Both the position numbers and the translations under genes were made by a program. The notes under the pieces were generated by a model. It was not told the DNA's origin. It did no database searches and saw only the letters and a list, made by a program, of their open reading frames with translations. A DNA stretch of 64,000 nucleotides, from positions 18,600,001 through 18,664,000 of the forward strand of contig OZ316775.1 of assembly GCA_973851085.1 (NCBI GenBank). The letters are read 5' to 3'. Positions 26,488-40,363 of this stretch are shown here, one piece after another. The first letter of the stretch is position 1. Every line of letters starts with the position of its first letter. This DNA comes from Ptychomitrium polyphyllum (Eukaryota).

Positions 26488-26828
26488 CTCTGTCTGCAAA
26501 GGTCGACTTTCAGTTCTTGATCTCGCTCTATTTCTAGAATCCCTCGCTGCCGTGAGAGTTAAGAACATCTAACGTCTACGATTTTCCTTCGGATTGCAAG
26601 TTATGTGATGCAATCAGGAGAGGGGGAGCGCAATTTGACAGTGAGATCCGCCATGGAAGGCCGTAAATGCACGGAAACTGGTAATGGCATGCGTCCACGC
26701 CACTACAATAGATCCACCACAAAGGAGAACCCGCGCCCGCCCTACATGAACAGAAAAGCAAGCCTGGTCCCTCTCTCTCACCTCGCCATAGCCATGGCCT
26801 TAGCCATAGCCGTCGTATGTCTTCGTTC

Positions 26829-26993
26829 GACACTGGATGATACTCGAGTGATACTGACTTAATATCGCAGTTGATATTTTTATGATACCAGTATAATACT
26901 CAGGTGGCGGTGATGCAACTAGGACGAAGCGTGCACTACCAATCCATTTTTCGTTTCTCATTTATGATACTCGTGTAATGCAGATGTGATACT
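26829..26993 (+). repeat. ~11-bp-phased GATAC-type motif array upstream of the DUF220 gene
   Basis: Cores at 26829, 26839, 26850, 26861, 26873, 26884, 26895, then 26966, 26977, 26988. Confidence 0.75.
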
Positions 26994-29900
26994 TGTTTTG
27001 TATCCGGTGCTTCTGAGGTATGTATCTAAAAGGCGGCACCTGCCATTTTTAAAAGAACCAAAATTCTGCTCGTACCCAGCTAAGACCATGGCTACTATAC
27101 TAGAGTAGGTGTCGCCATGCTTTTCCTCAAAAGTCCAAAAACAATGCCGAGTCACAGTTGGGGGTAGAACGGAGCGACGGAGTCTTGTCGACGATTTCCT
27201 TCAGAAAGGACGTAAAGTTGGTGGTCCTTATTCCGACGTGGGCTCGATTCCAACATCTACCAAATCTCAACACTTTCTTATAGTGCTTTTATTTTTATTT
27301 TCAGCAGATCACTAGATTGGTGCGAACTAATGTGTTTTCTGTTTCCAAGGTGGTACTTTGTACTTACATATTCAATTTTTTGGATTATACATCATTATTA
27401 AAATATAAGGCTTTCAGAAATATTAAATACCTATATATTGCGAGATATACATTTTTATACAACATATGTAATTAAATATTTATTATTTTTACATGACGTT
27501 ATAAAATAAAAGCATGTCATTACTTTTGATATATTTTATAATTCACTTATAAATATTCATATTTTCGAAGCATTAACATTATAAGGTTTATTGGTGTAAA
27601 TAAATTTAACAGCATTAAGAATATATTATAATTGAATTTATATTTAAAAAGTTTCATGAACATACAAAACATAATCAGAAGCATAAAAGCTTAATGATAA
27701 ACAAAAATCTAACTTTTTTGTGCAAAACTAATTATATAGATATAGCAGTAGTAATAAAAATAACTAAGATGATGACTTTTTAAATATTTAAGATGAAATT
27801 CAAATCATGATTAAAATAAATAAATTTCAACATTTTGATAGTGTTTTATTGAAATATGGAGAGGACATAATTTGTGATGCGTGACAAGCTTACTTAGATA
27901 GTTATTACTTAGTTTATGCTTAACATCACGTAAAAATCATCATGGAAGAGAAACGTGTTATCACCCACAAAGCCTACTCTAAAAACCTGATTTTCTGTAG
28001 GCCATGGTAACTAACATAACATATTTCCATGATGCAAAATATAATTTAATATGTAAGTGTTTTGCCTTAGCTACACGGACAGTATGAAAGTTCTTCAACT
28101 ATTTGAAATTCTTATAACAGAAAAATCAGTTTTAACAAACGAGGATTGAAAGATGTAAAATGAAAGTAAAGCCCACTGTAGGTCATAGTGAAGGAGGAAA
28201 TCAGTGTAATTGTTCAACATCTTGAGGCTTCAATGGCCTGATTGCCAAGTGTTTCATCTTCAAGGAAACAGGTGATCATAGAGTTCAATGATGTCTGAAA
28301 ACATTTGGGAGCTTCATATGATTTGAGGATTTCCAAGAGTAACTGGGATTTCCAGTCAGTGGCTGGATTGACATTGTTTTTGCAATATTGGTGGTGATAG
28401 CAACCTTGGTAAATACAAGCTTACATGAGGTTTTCATATGGCCACACAATGCATCAAGAGAAGAGTAGGAGAGAAGAATATTTCTTTGAAAGTTGCATGC
28501 TAACAATGATTAGGGTCAAGAAATTTGATTGTGCAGTAGAATATAGCAATGGATCTTATTCATTGAACACCATATTCACCATAGTGGGATAACTGACAAA
28601 ATTTAGGACTACAAAGTTGTCCAAGGAGCACAAATAATGGACAATGTCACTACACTCCTTCAAAGAGAAGGAGGAGGAGCTTTCTATTGATAATCACGTT
28701 GAGTAGGAGTATGGTTAAACTCATCAAGCTTGTCTTTCATGAAATGATTGAAATCTATGGTTCTCAAATGGGTTTGTGGTTTACCCAAGTATCAAAATCC
28801 AACTAGTAATTTTTAAAAATCCTCATTCACTTATTACAACTATTGAGGTAATACATGTCATTCATCTACTTCATAATATTATCCTAAATTGTAAAGCCTG
28901 GTTTTTTATTGAAGGCAAACTTGCAAGTAAACATAGGTCTACCTCATCTAAGGCATGACAAATTGTATAACTTTCAAACATGGTATTCACCTTTTGACAC
29001 GTTTATCCCTTTTTATATTTATTTCACCCCATTTATTATTTTGAAAATTTGAAATTTCTCATTATAATGACCATGATGTTATTAGGGTGTGGTGGTTGAA
29101 AATGATGCACAAATCAGAAAATTCCGGTACTGTACAGAATGGGAAGTGATTGTTTGGTGCTGGAGCTTTATTTTTCAAGAGCACACATGCTAATAAGATA
29201 AGTAATAATTTCTTGATTATTAGGGAACCTTCAGTTGCTAGATCTTATAAGGACACTGATTGTAGGACAATTTAGAAATGAAGTACCATGTAAAACCATA
29301 TCAAATTACCATATGATGCTCAAGAAAATTGTTTTTTTCTCAGATTGGCTTGTAGTGTTTTTCTCACTGTATAGTGTACCAAAATTCTCTTGCTATTAAT
29401 GGATGCAAGGGACTTCACCCCCATGGACTCCTCCCAGTGTCTAGATGTCAAGAGCAGAAGAAGCCACACCTATGCAATGACCTAGATGCACAACAACTAG
29501 AAAAAGCCCAATCCTAAATATGAGAAGGTGCAGCACAAATCAATTGATAAAACTGTTCATAATGCAGGACCCTACAACCCCAAAATTCCATCATGCAAAA
29601 CAAACCTCCTGAACACATGCAACAAAGCCATTCACAAGGCACCTATTAAGCATCCAATAGACATCTATGGTTGCACCATGATCACATAAACCACAACCAT
29701 AGGATATAATAGCCATGTCATTGAATGTGGGCTGCACCTTCTCATGTTGCATTTTTCTGCAAGAATCAAGAATCAAGTTTCACATAATTGTGCATCACCT
29801 AGAATTGATGTGCATAAGCTCAAGCTGTCACACTGCCAAGCAGCCAAGCAAGATAGTACATATTCTAAAAATGTGCTTTAGATTTTCTCCTTGTTGACAT

Positions 29901-30317
29901 CTGGAATATGTACAGGTTCGTGCAATTGGGCCTGAAGGGTGTACTAACTGGATCTCAGAAGTGCACTGAAAGGTTTTTCAGAAGAGTGCGGCTGGGCAAA
30001 TGAATTAATGAAAAACAATTAAAAAGTTGGGAGACAGTTTCATTGTAAGTAGTCTAGAAAACTCATTTTTAATATAAGAAAGGAAAAGTCATAGGCCTTC
30101 TAGGATCATTTATTGCAATCTAGTGTGATGTATCTTTTATCAAAACTATTGCCAGGTATTCAATCCAGAGAACATTGTGACTAATTTTGTGACAAAAGCT
30201 TAAAGGATGTAAAACAGTGCACGCAAACATTTGTTGTTCATAAATACTTGGGTAGATGAGAATGATCTAATCAAAGGTTTCATATACATTCATCCATAAG
30301 CTTGGAAACAATAATTG

Positions 30318-30541
30318 TGATATCAAAATGACATCAATAGACAATTTTTCTAATTCATATCATTTTGGTGTCATTTGAATTTAAAATAACTCAATTCAAA
30401 TGATGCCAAAATGACATTGGTTAAAATGATATCAAAATAATTTCAAATACATATCAAAATCACATAAATTGTCATTTTAACCCATGCCACTTTGATAGCA
30501 TTTTGACAGCATTTAAAACTATGTCATTCTGATGTCATACC
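30318..30541. repeat. Degenerate 11-bp repeat (AAAATGAYATC) in both orientations with an internal inverted repeat
   Basis: Forward units at 30423, 30434, 30445, 30456 and reverse units at 30483, 30494, 30505, 30520, 30531. The 21-bp arms 30361-30381 and 30393-30413 are complementary with 2 mismatches. Confidence 0.75.
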
Positions 30542-31435
30542 GCATGTTAAAATGTCACAGACAAAATTTTCTGCTGTTGCTGTTGATATAGCCCGACATG
30601 GACAGATGGACTACGTTTCAAGGAGTTTTGGTCAAATATTGTGCTGGTATGACATTATTGAACAGTAAATCTTGTGCAGTGGTTGATTTTGGATATCCGT
30701 TTGAGGTCCAGTACTTTTGATAATAACTTTGATTCCTTCATTTCAGGAAGAACGAGCTATACCAGTCCAACAGTGGTTTAGATTTAGTTGAAAGAAGTGA
30801 AGCAAGAATCTCAATAAAAAAATTTCTTTGGATTGGATTTTTAGTTGAAAGATTAGGTGAATGAACAACAAATTGTGTTTAAGTACAGTAGTATAAAAAG
30901 AATAACGTTAACATGAATATAATCAAGGTATAGAGTGTTGCTTGTTCAGACCTCAAAAAAGGATGTGGATGTTTCTGTTGTGCACTGCAATTTACTGCAA
31001 GCTTCAGCTCGTCGATCTACCGAGCAAACGGGACAATTCAAAAACAATTTAATCGTATTTTTAATTTCTTGTTTGCTAAGTTGATTAGTACTAATATTTT
31101 ATTCAGAAGATCAATTGCCAGGTTCATACACTTTTGAAATTGAGCATAAAAACCATACAATAGCATTTATTATTTGATACAACAGTGCATAACCGTGTGC
31201 AGACCTTCACAGCATGCAGCAACTAAAAGGTAAGTAACTTAAGCTTACTTGTAAATTGAAGTTCACAGTGGCTCGTGGTGGACCTAATCATGTGCTTCGT
31301 AACAATCATGGTGAGTCTTTAAGCATAGGTCATTTATAATGAAGACAACAAGAGCTTCCTACGTGTGTTCCTTCCACAAGTTTCTGGCTCATGAGTTTTA
31401 GAGTGGTGCTTGCTGGGCTACTCAGATATTCAGAA

Positions 31436-34400
31436 TCAACAGGGGAAATAACTGAGCTTTTTTGAATCCTCGCCTTCATGTGGCTGAAATACCGTATTAC
31501 ATTTTTGAAGATGCTTTGACAGCCTGGGTCCTTTGTTGCAACATAAGTCTGCATTCGAGTTTTCCACAACACCACCATTCTCTACTTTTTCATAATGAAC
31601 ACTTCTCTTCCCATCCTGATGCATGTTGATGTTGTGATTCTGCCAATCATCTTGAGCTGAAACTCTTGGCAGGGTATTAAAATCTGGTGAGCTTCTAGAT
31701 GCTGCTTGAAGCATACTAATATTCTCAAGCTGCCTTCGCATATCTTCTTCCCACTCAGCACGTGAGCACTGTTGTTCTTCCATACGGCATAACAACTGCA
31801 TCTTGTCAACGTCTAATATATCTTGAGATTCTGAAGACTCGCTTTTATAAGCGTTACGTAGGTGGTTCGCTAACCTTTCTTCTACTTCTTCCATTCGATT
31901 CAACCGTGCAGAGAGAGACATAAGTGTCTGCTGAACTTGTGTGATAAACCCAGATAAGGGTGGAAAGGCAAGCAAAGCATTCTCAGTTCGTTGTAAGCGA
32001 CTGCGGCTGGCATGCCTAGCATGCATAAGGCTGCTCATCACGTTCTCCAATGTCTTTCGGCTTGGTACTCCATCCTTTCCAAGAGTTTGGCAACACTTGC
32101 TATTTACTGTCAGATTCTCTGATGTGATCTGACTATAAGCTGCACTCATACTTGAAGTTGTGGAATCAAATGCTTCATCCCAATTCGTGCTTGAAAACAT
32201 GTGGGATGCTTGTCTACTTCTTTCAGATCCTTCACCAAGGTCCTCACCAGCGTTGTTCTTCAAAGCTGGAAAAGAGAACTTCTGTTCGAATTTATGATTT
32301 CCATCGTTTGAGGATCCTTCAGGGGTTTGGTTCCAATCTTGAGCTTCCCCAATCATTCTTTTATTTTCCTTTCTCTTCAAAAGTTTCTCCAAAGCCATCC
32401 GGATCTCCGCATCTTTGATCAAAGTCTCATCTTTCGCAGCATTCTTTGAGCTGACATGAGAATGCTCCATCTGTTTCCTTTCTTCTCTTGAACTTGATTT
32501 CTCCCCTTGATTGGCATTTACAAATAAATGAAACTCTTTTTCTATATCCATGAGCCTTGAATCACATTGGATTTCCCTGTGCACTATGCTTTTAGATTTG
32601 GCATGCTCAGCACCCATAGCCCTCTTTGCGGCCTGCTGCATCAATTCCATTGATTTCGTCATTTCTTGGTTGAGTATGTCCTTCATATTCTCGAGTTGCT
32701 TCGCTTCCAAGGCTAACTTTGCTTCTTTTGCTGCCAGAGCTGCCTCTGCATTCTCTTGATCCCGAACAAGCCGCTTCCGCTCTTCTTCCAAGGCCTCTCT
32801 TTCTCTATACGTAACTTACAATTTGAAATATTTAGAAATCAATTTGAAGGATTTCAAGCTATGAATGGTAAAATCCTTCAGTACACTCACAAACATGTAA
32901 CAGCTTCAAGAGGGCAATTGATAGCTCTCACCTGGATACATTTTGTGCAGTCAAGGAAGCATCTGCAACCATCTTCTTGGTTGCTTTTAGCTGCGTTGTA
33001 ACAGTCATCTTGACCTCTTCAACTGCTTTCCTTCTCTCTTCCTGAAAAATTAGTTTGAATGTCATCCTTAGCATGATATGAAGTGATGGGAGTAATTACG
33101 TACCGGCAGTTTTTCTACCAAAATAGAACGTCAATCTACGTTCGTATCTCTAGCAATATATGACTCTGATACTAATCTAACACTCGCTTTTCACGTCTTG
33201 CCTTTAAAAACCATTGAAAAAACTTCAAATATCATGAAAGTTTTGACACTCATTAGTAAATGTTTCTTACATAGAAAGTAGGTCAAATGATAAAGATTGC
33301 CAACGAATGTAGATCATTTCTGGTATCGAAGTAACTATAAACGACACACTTAATTGAAACACTCATTAGCATGAGAAATACAAAACAGCTTGTAAAGGTC
33401 CTAGACTTCAATCAAGAGTATGTAGTGGAAAAATTCGTACAAGGTCTTGTTGCTGTAGTTCCAAATTATCTCTTTCTTTCAAGACCTTGGCAGCTTCCTT
33501 CTGGGCTGCTTCTTCTACTTTTCTAATGCGATCTTCCATGTCTTCATCTGTTTGATTGTGTACTAAGACTGGAGCCCTTTGATGTTTATAAAGCTTCCCT
33601 TCGCCTCCATGGTGTCCTTTCTCTTGGTCAATTGCTATTCTATTAGATAACTCTTGTTCTTTCCGCTTGAGCCTAGCCTCCCTTTCCTTTATATCGTTTG
33701 CAAAGATTTCTGCTGCTTTACGCTTCTCGTCTACGTACAGCCGTTGGTCTTCAAGTTCTGCACGTGCACTGTGCAACTGCTGTCGCAGCTCTTGTGCATC
33801 ATTTTCAACTTGATCTTTGTGAGCTTTGGTTTGTCGCTCCATTTTCAATAAGACCGCCTCTCTCTCGATAACTTCTGCTTCGCGGACTTCAATGGCGACT
33901 TCTCGAGCACACAAACCGTCCATTACCTCTACCTGCTGCCATCCCAACTCCTTCAACCAATTCTTTGTCAACTATATAACATGTCTCCTGTGAACAAAGC
34001 TACTCAAACATGAAATCCCTCTCTAAAGACTTTATGTTATCAATCATGAGTAATGTGCATCAAGAAATCAAACAGAAATCAAATGTCAGACTCACCTTTT
34101 TCACTATCTCGTCTTTATCTAAGTCGAGCTTCCACTGAACTTTATGGATTTCTGGTGATTTCTGGATCTTCAATTTAGCTCTATTTAATATTTCTCTCTC
34201 AAAGGCTAACCTTTCCCACCCTGTGTAAAACACAAAAGGTTTAAGCCCACCTAAGTTCATAAGGTGATCGATGCAAAAGCATCTGATTTCCCAAACATCA
34301 AAATACATCTAAGAGTTGCTTGAATGACACGATGAAATGTCAATGCGTAATAATCAAGATTTTGATCTAAATGATGTATCATATTGAAGCATCGAAATGA

Positions 34401-37400
34401 AAAACCACATCTATGTAGTACTGTCAATTGATTTGTATGTCTAGACCTTTTTCAAGTTCTTCAGATTTTGTTTCAAATTCGTCAGCTTTTTGCAACCGCT
34501 CTTTCACCTGTATTTCAAGCTTGGAAATAGTTTGTCCGTACTCTTCCAAACGTTTTGCTTTTGTTCTTAGATCAATTTCAAAATTTTCTAGCTCTTGTTC
34601 TTTGACCTGTAATTTTTCTCGTTTCTCTTCAATCATAAGCTCATCACGTGTGCGATAACGGCTGTTTTCTCCTACAAAAGCTGTTTCTTCTTTGAGTTTG
34701 GCAGCATGCTGTTCAACTTCCGCAATCATTTTTTCCAAATCTTTTCTCTCACTAATCAATCTGGCTTCTACATCCTGCATTTCAGATAAAACTTTGACAT
34801 GAAAGGTTTCTTTCAAGCAATGAAGCTTTTAAAGGAATTACGCAGATGCATCTGAAGTAAACGGTATTAGTGGTTGAAGGAAACCTACAAGTAGATCATT
34901 TTCACTATCAATTACCGCCTGCTCACGGCTTCTCAAATTCTTTTCCTTTGTAGCAATGTCGGCAGCCATCTTTTTAAGTCCATTCTGAACTGTAACCAGT
35001 TTTTCTTCCTGCATCAGAGAATAGTAAATCAAATTCATCAGTCAAATTACCCCTCAACTAACATGCATTTTGATATAGTCATGTGCAACCTATCAAGACT
35101 TAATTAGGCAACTGACACCTGCAGGGAAACTGTACACAGGTGATTTTGCCACAGCTTAAGGCTCAAAATTCAACGCCATCATGGGTACCTGTGCCAAGAA
35201 TTCACTTTCTCGTCGCTTCAGAACTTCCTGATGTAATGCTATGTTGTCAGCAAGCCCTTCTAGCCTTGTTTTTGAAGTCTCGACTTTATGGCGCTGATGC
35301 TCTAAGCTAGTAGAAGCCTCATCTAATTCAGCCACACGATCAATTATCTGAGAGCCTGCTTGTTCAATATCCACTTGAAGGTTCTTCTGTTGAGAAGCAT
35401 TTTACAGCGGAGTAAGACATATTTAGAGCATGCAAAGAAACAATTTGAAAGATTACACAGCTTTATGGGGGATTTTAAGTCACTAGTATGTGTCACGCCT
35501 AGAAATGAACGGGAAAAATAGTGGCCTCCGGCGCTTCAAACGACTGACGTGATAAATTAGGATTTAGATAGTGTTTGATTCGAAAGATATGCAAGCTTTT
35601 TAAAGATGACAATGAAGGTCAGCAAGGACAGAATGTAAAAATTTACCAGCTCATTGATCTGTGATGTCAACTCCTCCTTCCCATTTATAAAGCTGTCAAT
35701 CCTGTTCTGTAGAGTCTTTTCTGCTTCTCGTTGCCAGACTTTCAGCTCATGCTTCTTTGCACGCACTTCTTCAAACTCTTTGTTCAATTCACGCTTAGCT
35801 AACTCAAGATCCTTCTGTTGGCGATGGTAGTCGCTTGCGTGCTTTCGAACCTGCTCAGGGGTGCAACAAGCTCATCATATCAACTTCATATTATCACTCA
35901 ACGTCTGATAGTTTCTATTAGCATTTGACTTGTCCAAATTGTTGTGGAGACGACATGGACATGATTAACAACTTATATGTTGCAGTACATTACTTCATTG
36001 AGGTGCTCCTCGTGCTTGGTCTGCCACTCCTCGGCATCCCATGCTTGCTCTTCCATCTCTGACAGACGTTTTATATCCTCAAGTGCAATTCTTCTCTCTT
36101 CCGTCAGCTTCTCCAAGTCATTGGTTATTTCTTCTTCTTTGGCTTCTAGGAGTCTGTTTCGTTTTTGTAACAGCTCCTGCTTGGCTAGCAATTCTTGTTT
36201 CCAAGATTCCTGTTCCTCCGCCAATTTTGCACGCAAGGCCTGCCATTAAAACTGCCAACATATTTAATATCAAGCATTCTCTTTCCCTATTTGATGATTG
36301 CAGGGACGTCTAATTATGTCTTTGGAAATAGCGCTGAGATACGCACATCCGAACGGCATTTACGGAAAGAATAAAATATAATAAAATAAATAAATACATC
36401 GATTGCTTCACCTTTGAATGTTCTAGTTCTTCTCTCGCTAGATTCTCAGACTCTTGGAGCTCCTTTTCCTTGCTACATAGTCTATCCTCCCATTGTTTCA
36501 GACGCTCTTCAACTGATTTCAAGTACTCAGTAGATTCCCGACGATCCTGAGTAGTTCGAGTCCATGCCTCCTCAGCACTTTTCTTTAAACTGTGGGCTTC
36601 AGCCTCGGCCTTGTCTGCGTCTTTCAAGCGCAACTTGTCCTTCTCCAAACTAGCCATCATTTCTCGCATTTTGGACCGCTCTAGTTCAATCTCCTTTTGT
36701 AATTCACTGAATAGTTTTTCCCTCTCATTCAGGCTATTTGTCATCTCCTCTGCAGCAGCATTCTTGAGTTCCATTTCCTTCTCAAGTTCTCGGAGGGACA
36801 GTTCTTTGGCATTTATTCTTCCTTCTGTTTCTTGGAGAATCAACAGAAGCTTCTCTTTCCTCTGCTCATCAATAGCTATGTCCTTCTCCAGCTGTTCGGC
36901 CTTGCTGTTTAACTCCTCCTGTAACTTCTCCATAGAACAAATGTTGAAGCCAGCTTCTATCTCTCTTACTGCAGCTTGCCTCAACTTCTCTTGGACTTTG
37001 TACTTTTCTCGATTTATAAGCTCCTTGTCATCTTGCAACCTCTGAGATGTGGTTCTCAATTCTTCTTGAAGAGCAGATGATTCAAGGGCTTTCCCGTCTA
37101 AGTTCGACTCATACACAAAGAGGTCAGCCGCTTTCTTCTGAATTTCTACTAAAGATGTGGCAGCTTCTTTTTCACATTCGGCTACTGCATTTTGACGCTC
37201 TTGTAAGTGATTGACCCAGAGAATAAGTTTATGACGCTCATTTGCAAGTTTCACCCGTTCCTCGTCCATACATGCGGCTTGTCCTTCAGCACATTTCATC
37301 ATTTCTTCAGATCGAGCGCATTGCTCACTTGCAGCTTTCTTGGCCTTGGTCATCTCCTTGATCATTTTGGCCATTCTCATACCCTCTCTTTCCAACACGG

Positions 37401-40363
37401 TGGCCCATTTCTGAATGTGGGTCTCACGGCTCATATAACCAACTAATCGCTCACATATCCCAACTACTGTTGAGCACCACTCTTCACATTCTCCTTCTGC
37501 AATTAGGAAAGAAACGCTATCAAAGGTGGCACTTCTTCTATCTTTCTCTGATACCTCAGGTTCAAAACCAAAGGAATGATCCTTCCCAAACACAATTTCT
37601 GCATCAACTGAATCTTTGATTTCTAGCCAGATGTCTTGGAACACTTTCTCTTTCCGTTCCAAATTGCAAAGTAAGTCTTTTAAACCTATGCAGAGTTTGT
37701 TCATCACTGCCTTCCCTGTTTCGGTTGACTTCAAAGAGCCTTCCATATTGCTCTTCTGCTTCTGCACAGGGTTTCAACATACTCCCGTATTGAAGAACTT
37801 TTTGTATCTACACTATGTATTGATCAGCCTCGTCAGTGAAGAAATGATCATCCATTAAATTCAGCAGGGGGTCGGAAACACAACGTCAAACGCATATGAC
37901 GAAAATATTTCATCTCTGCTCTGTCTAGGAATCAATACGAGAATAGAATTTAAAACAAACCAACTGATATTAGAATTGAGAATTCTCAGTCGCCTCCAAC
38001 TGTAATATGTCATAACATTCAAATCGGATGTTGAGATGATTACCTCAGATTCTTGCAGCAACTCCTGTTCTCTTAGTCGTAAAGCATCTTCGGACTTGCT
38101 AACTGCGAGCCTTGCCTGAAACATATTTTGCTGCTCTTCTAGTATTGTTTCTTCAGCAATCCTAAGTGCAGCCTCCCGCTTAGACAATCGTAACTCCCAA
38201 TTAACCTACACATCATGCTGTCCTTTCAAGTTTTAGAAGTTACACATATTGACCATTAGACATGCTAAAAGCCTTGAAATATCAGACTCGAAGTACCAAA
38301 TTTTCGGATGAACGATGACAAATTCTCAATTTCTTAATTTAAGGAGGTTTTCTGTAGTCAATAGAACTGGTTGCATCTTAGCCGAATGTGGAGAGACATA
38401 CTTGCGGGGCTACAAGAGTAGGGCATTTTCACCACTAGATTGAAGTTAACAGATTAATCCAAAACTTTACAGCGTCCAATTCATGATTCCAAGAATTAGT
38501 GGTTAGGAACAGCAACTAAGTCTTGCTTAAACATAGGAGACAATCTAACTTTTTTAGTTACCGAGACGAAGGGGAGTTCAATTTAATGCGTGACAATAAT
38601 CAAATACAAACTTAAGAATGTGGGCAGAGCGGTTCAACCTCAGAAGGGTGGTTATCTTGCCTCAGAACTTCCTCGGTTGGAACACCTCGTTCTCCAAGAA
38701 CTTGCAAAGATACTTTTCTGTAAAATAAACAAAACAATGTACAAGCGCTGAAAATGAACAGTAAATAAGACACTATTCACACGGAAGTAGCTTTTGCGAG
38801 TCAAAATGCCTATTACACTAGACTATGCTACAAAGTGTTGTTTGAATGAGGTAACATTATCCGTTAAAGAACGGTTATGGAAATCCATGCACAATTTTCG
38901 TAATAATGAGTAAATGAATGCAAAATACGCTTTCGAGTAATTGACAAGCCGATTGTTTCATAAAAATCTACAATTTGATGAATTTCATGGTATCCTAAAA
39001 CTCCATATAAAGAACGAAGACTAGTATACCTATTTGAAACTCCTCCATCGCCCGACAATGAGCTTGAATGCAAATCTGCCACAGCCACAGATGCTTGAGA
39101 AGTACTTGGAGAAGACCTTGGTTGATCGATATGTGTATCACTCGCTGGCCCTAAGTGCCCCAAAGATTCAGGAGGCCCTTTACCTGACGAGCAGGTCGCA
39201 GGATCTACGGATGAAGAGAAGGTGATGGAATGGACGCGTTCAATCATCCCCGCTTCACACTTACGGGAACGTTCTCCATTTGTAATCTTTGTCGTCAAAG
39301 TTGAGTGCTTTAGACATTGTAGCCCCAGAATTTCAGGAAGCTGCAGACATTTTTTGAGCTCTCTTCTTTGCTCACTCTTCTTGTATGAAGTTTGTTGTGC
39401 ACAGCTCACATGCTTTTCAGTACCAAGAGTTGGGGCTTCGGACACTGGTTGAACCGCAGGACTTAGGGGAGGTTTTTCACAGAAGAAAGTGGGTACAGTT
39501 GCCCTTGTATACATGGCTTCACTTGACGGTGATATTTGCCCATCTTTGGATGTCTTTCCACAATTTTGCTGAGGTGAACTAAGCATGGATGTAGAAGGAG
39601 TCACTTGGGATGATAGGCTGTCATCCTTTGTTATAATTACATTCCTCGGAGTGGTGGTTGCAGTTCCTGCTTTCAGATGACGAAGACAGGAGGAAGGTGT
39701 TCTACGAGAATTTTTCGGAGATTCACCATAGGGAGTGTCAATCCTGGTCGAAGCTGCTGAAAGCCTATCACCGGCAGTCTGAGAAGACTTGCCTATAGTG
39801 TCGTTTGTGAACAAGGGGTTGGAGTAAGAGGATGCAGCAGATGAGACTGTGTTTCTTTGTAAATGATTGCGAGGAGAGCAAGTTGTTGATTTCTGTAAGT
39901 TGTCCTTGTCTCCGGCACATGTTTCGGACTTCTTCTGGAAGCTTATCCACTGTTACACCAAACAGGCCCTCCAAGAGGATTAAGCTGGCATAAAACATTA
40001 CTCCAAAATGACAATGCTCGGAGTACAGGAAACACATGCAAACTATTCTGGATGATTTTAATAATGCATAAAATATTCTATGAAGCTACGTCGTTGTCTG
40101 CTGACTACTTTTGTCTCTTCACTTGCAACCAAACAGATTGTCCATGATCTAAAGTTCCTCATACTTAAATTGACAAAAAATCATATATTCATGTTTATGC
40201 TATGGTTACGACGCTCATCCAGTAAAGCAAGGAGTGTTCAATTGGTCCTTACCTGGGTCTCAAGTTGCTCGAATCGCCTTGCAATGTCAGCTGCAGCAGA
40301 CATGTCTTGTGCACCAGATATTGCACAACTTTGGAGTTGCACAACTCTCCCGCAATCTTCCAT
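31436..40363 (-). CDS. Very large coiled-coil protein of unknown family (~1937 aa, 14 coding exons)
   Basis: Exons (-) 40363-40253, 39949-39030, 38717-38639, 38205-38044, 37761-36412, 36239-35994, 35850-35647, 35386-35189, 35008-34889, 34774-34447, 34220-34096, 33932-33441, 33041-32932, 32804-31436. Splice phases are mutually consistent. Ser/Thr/Pro-rich head, long E/K/L/R heptad-like rod and low-complexity tail. Confidence 0.8.

Noticed and set aside
29591..29776. Possible PPR pseudogene fragment (KMQHEKVQP)
   Set aside because: Only one short similarity and no repeat structure.
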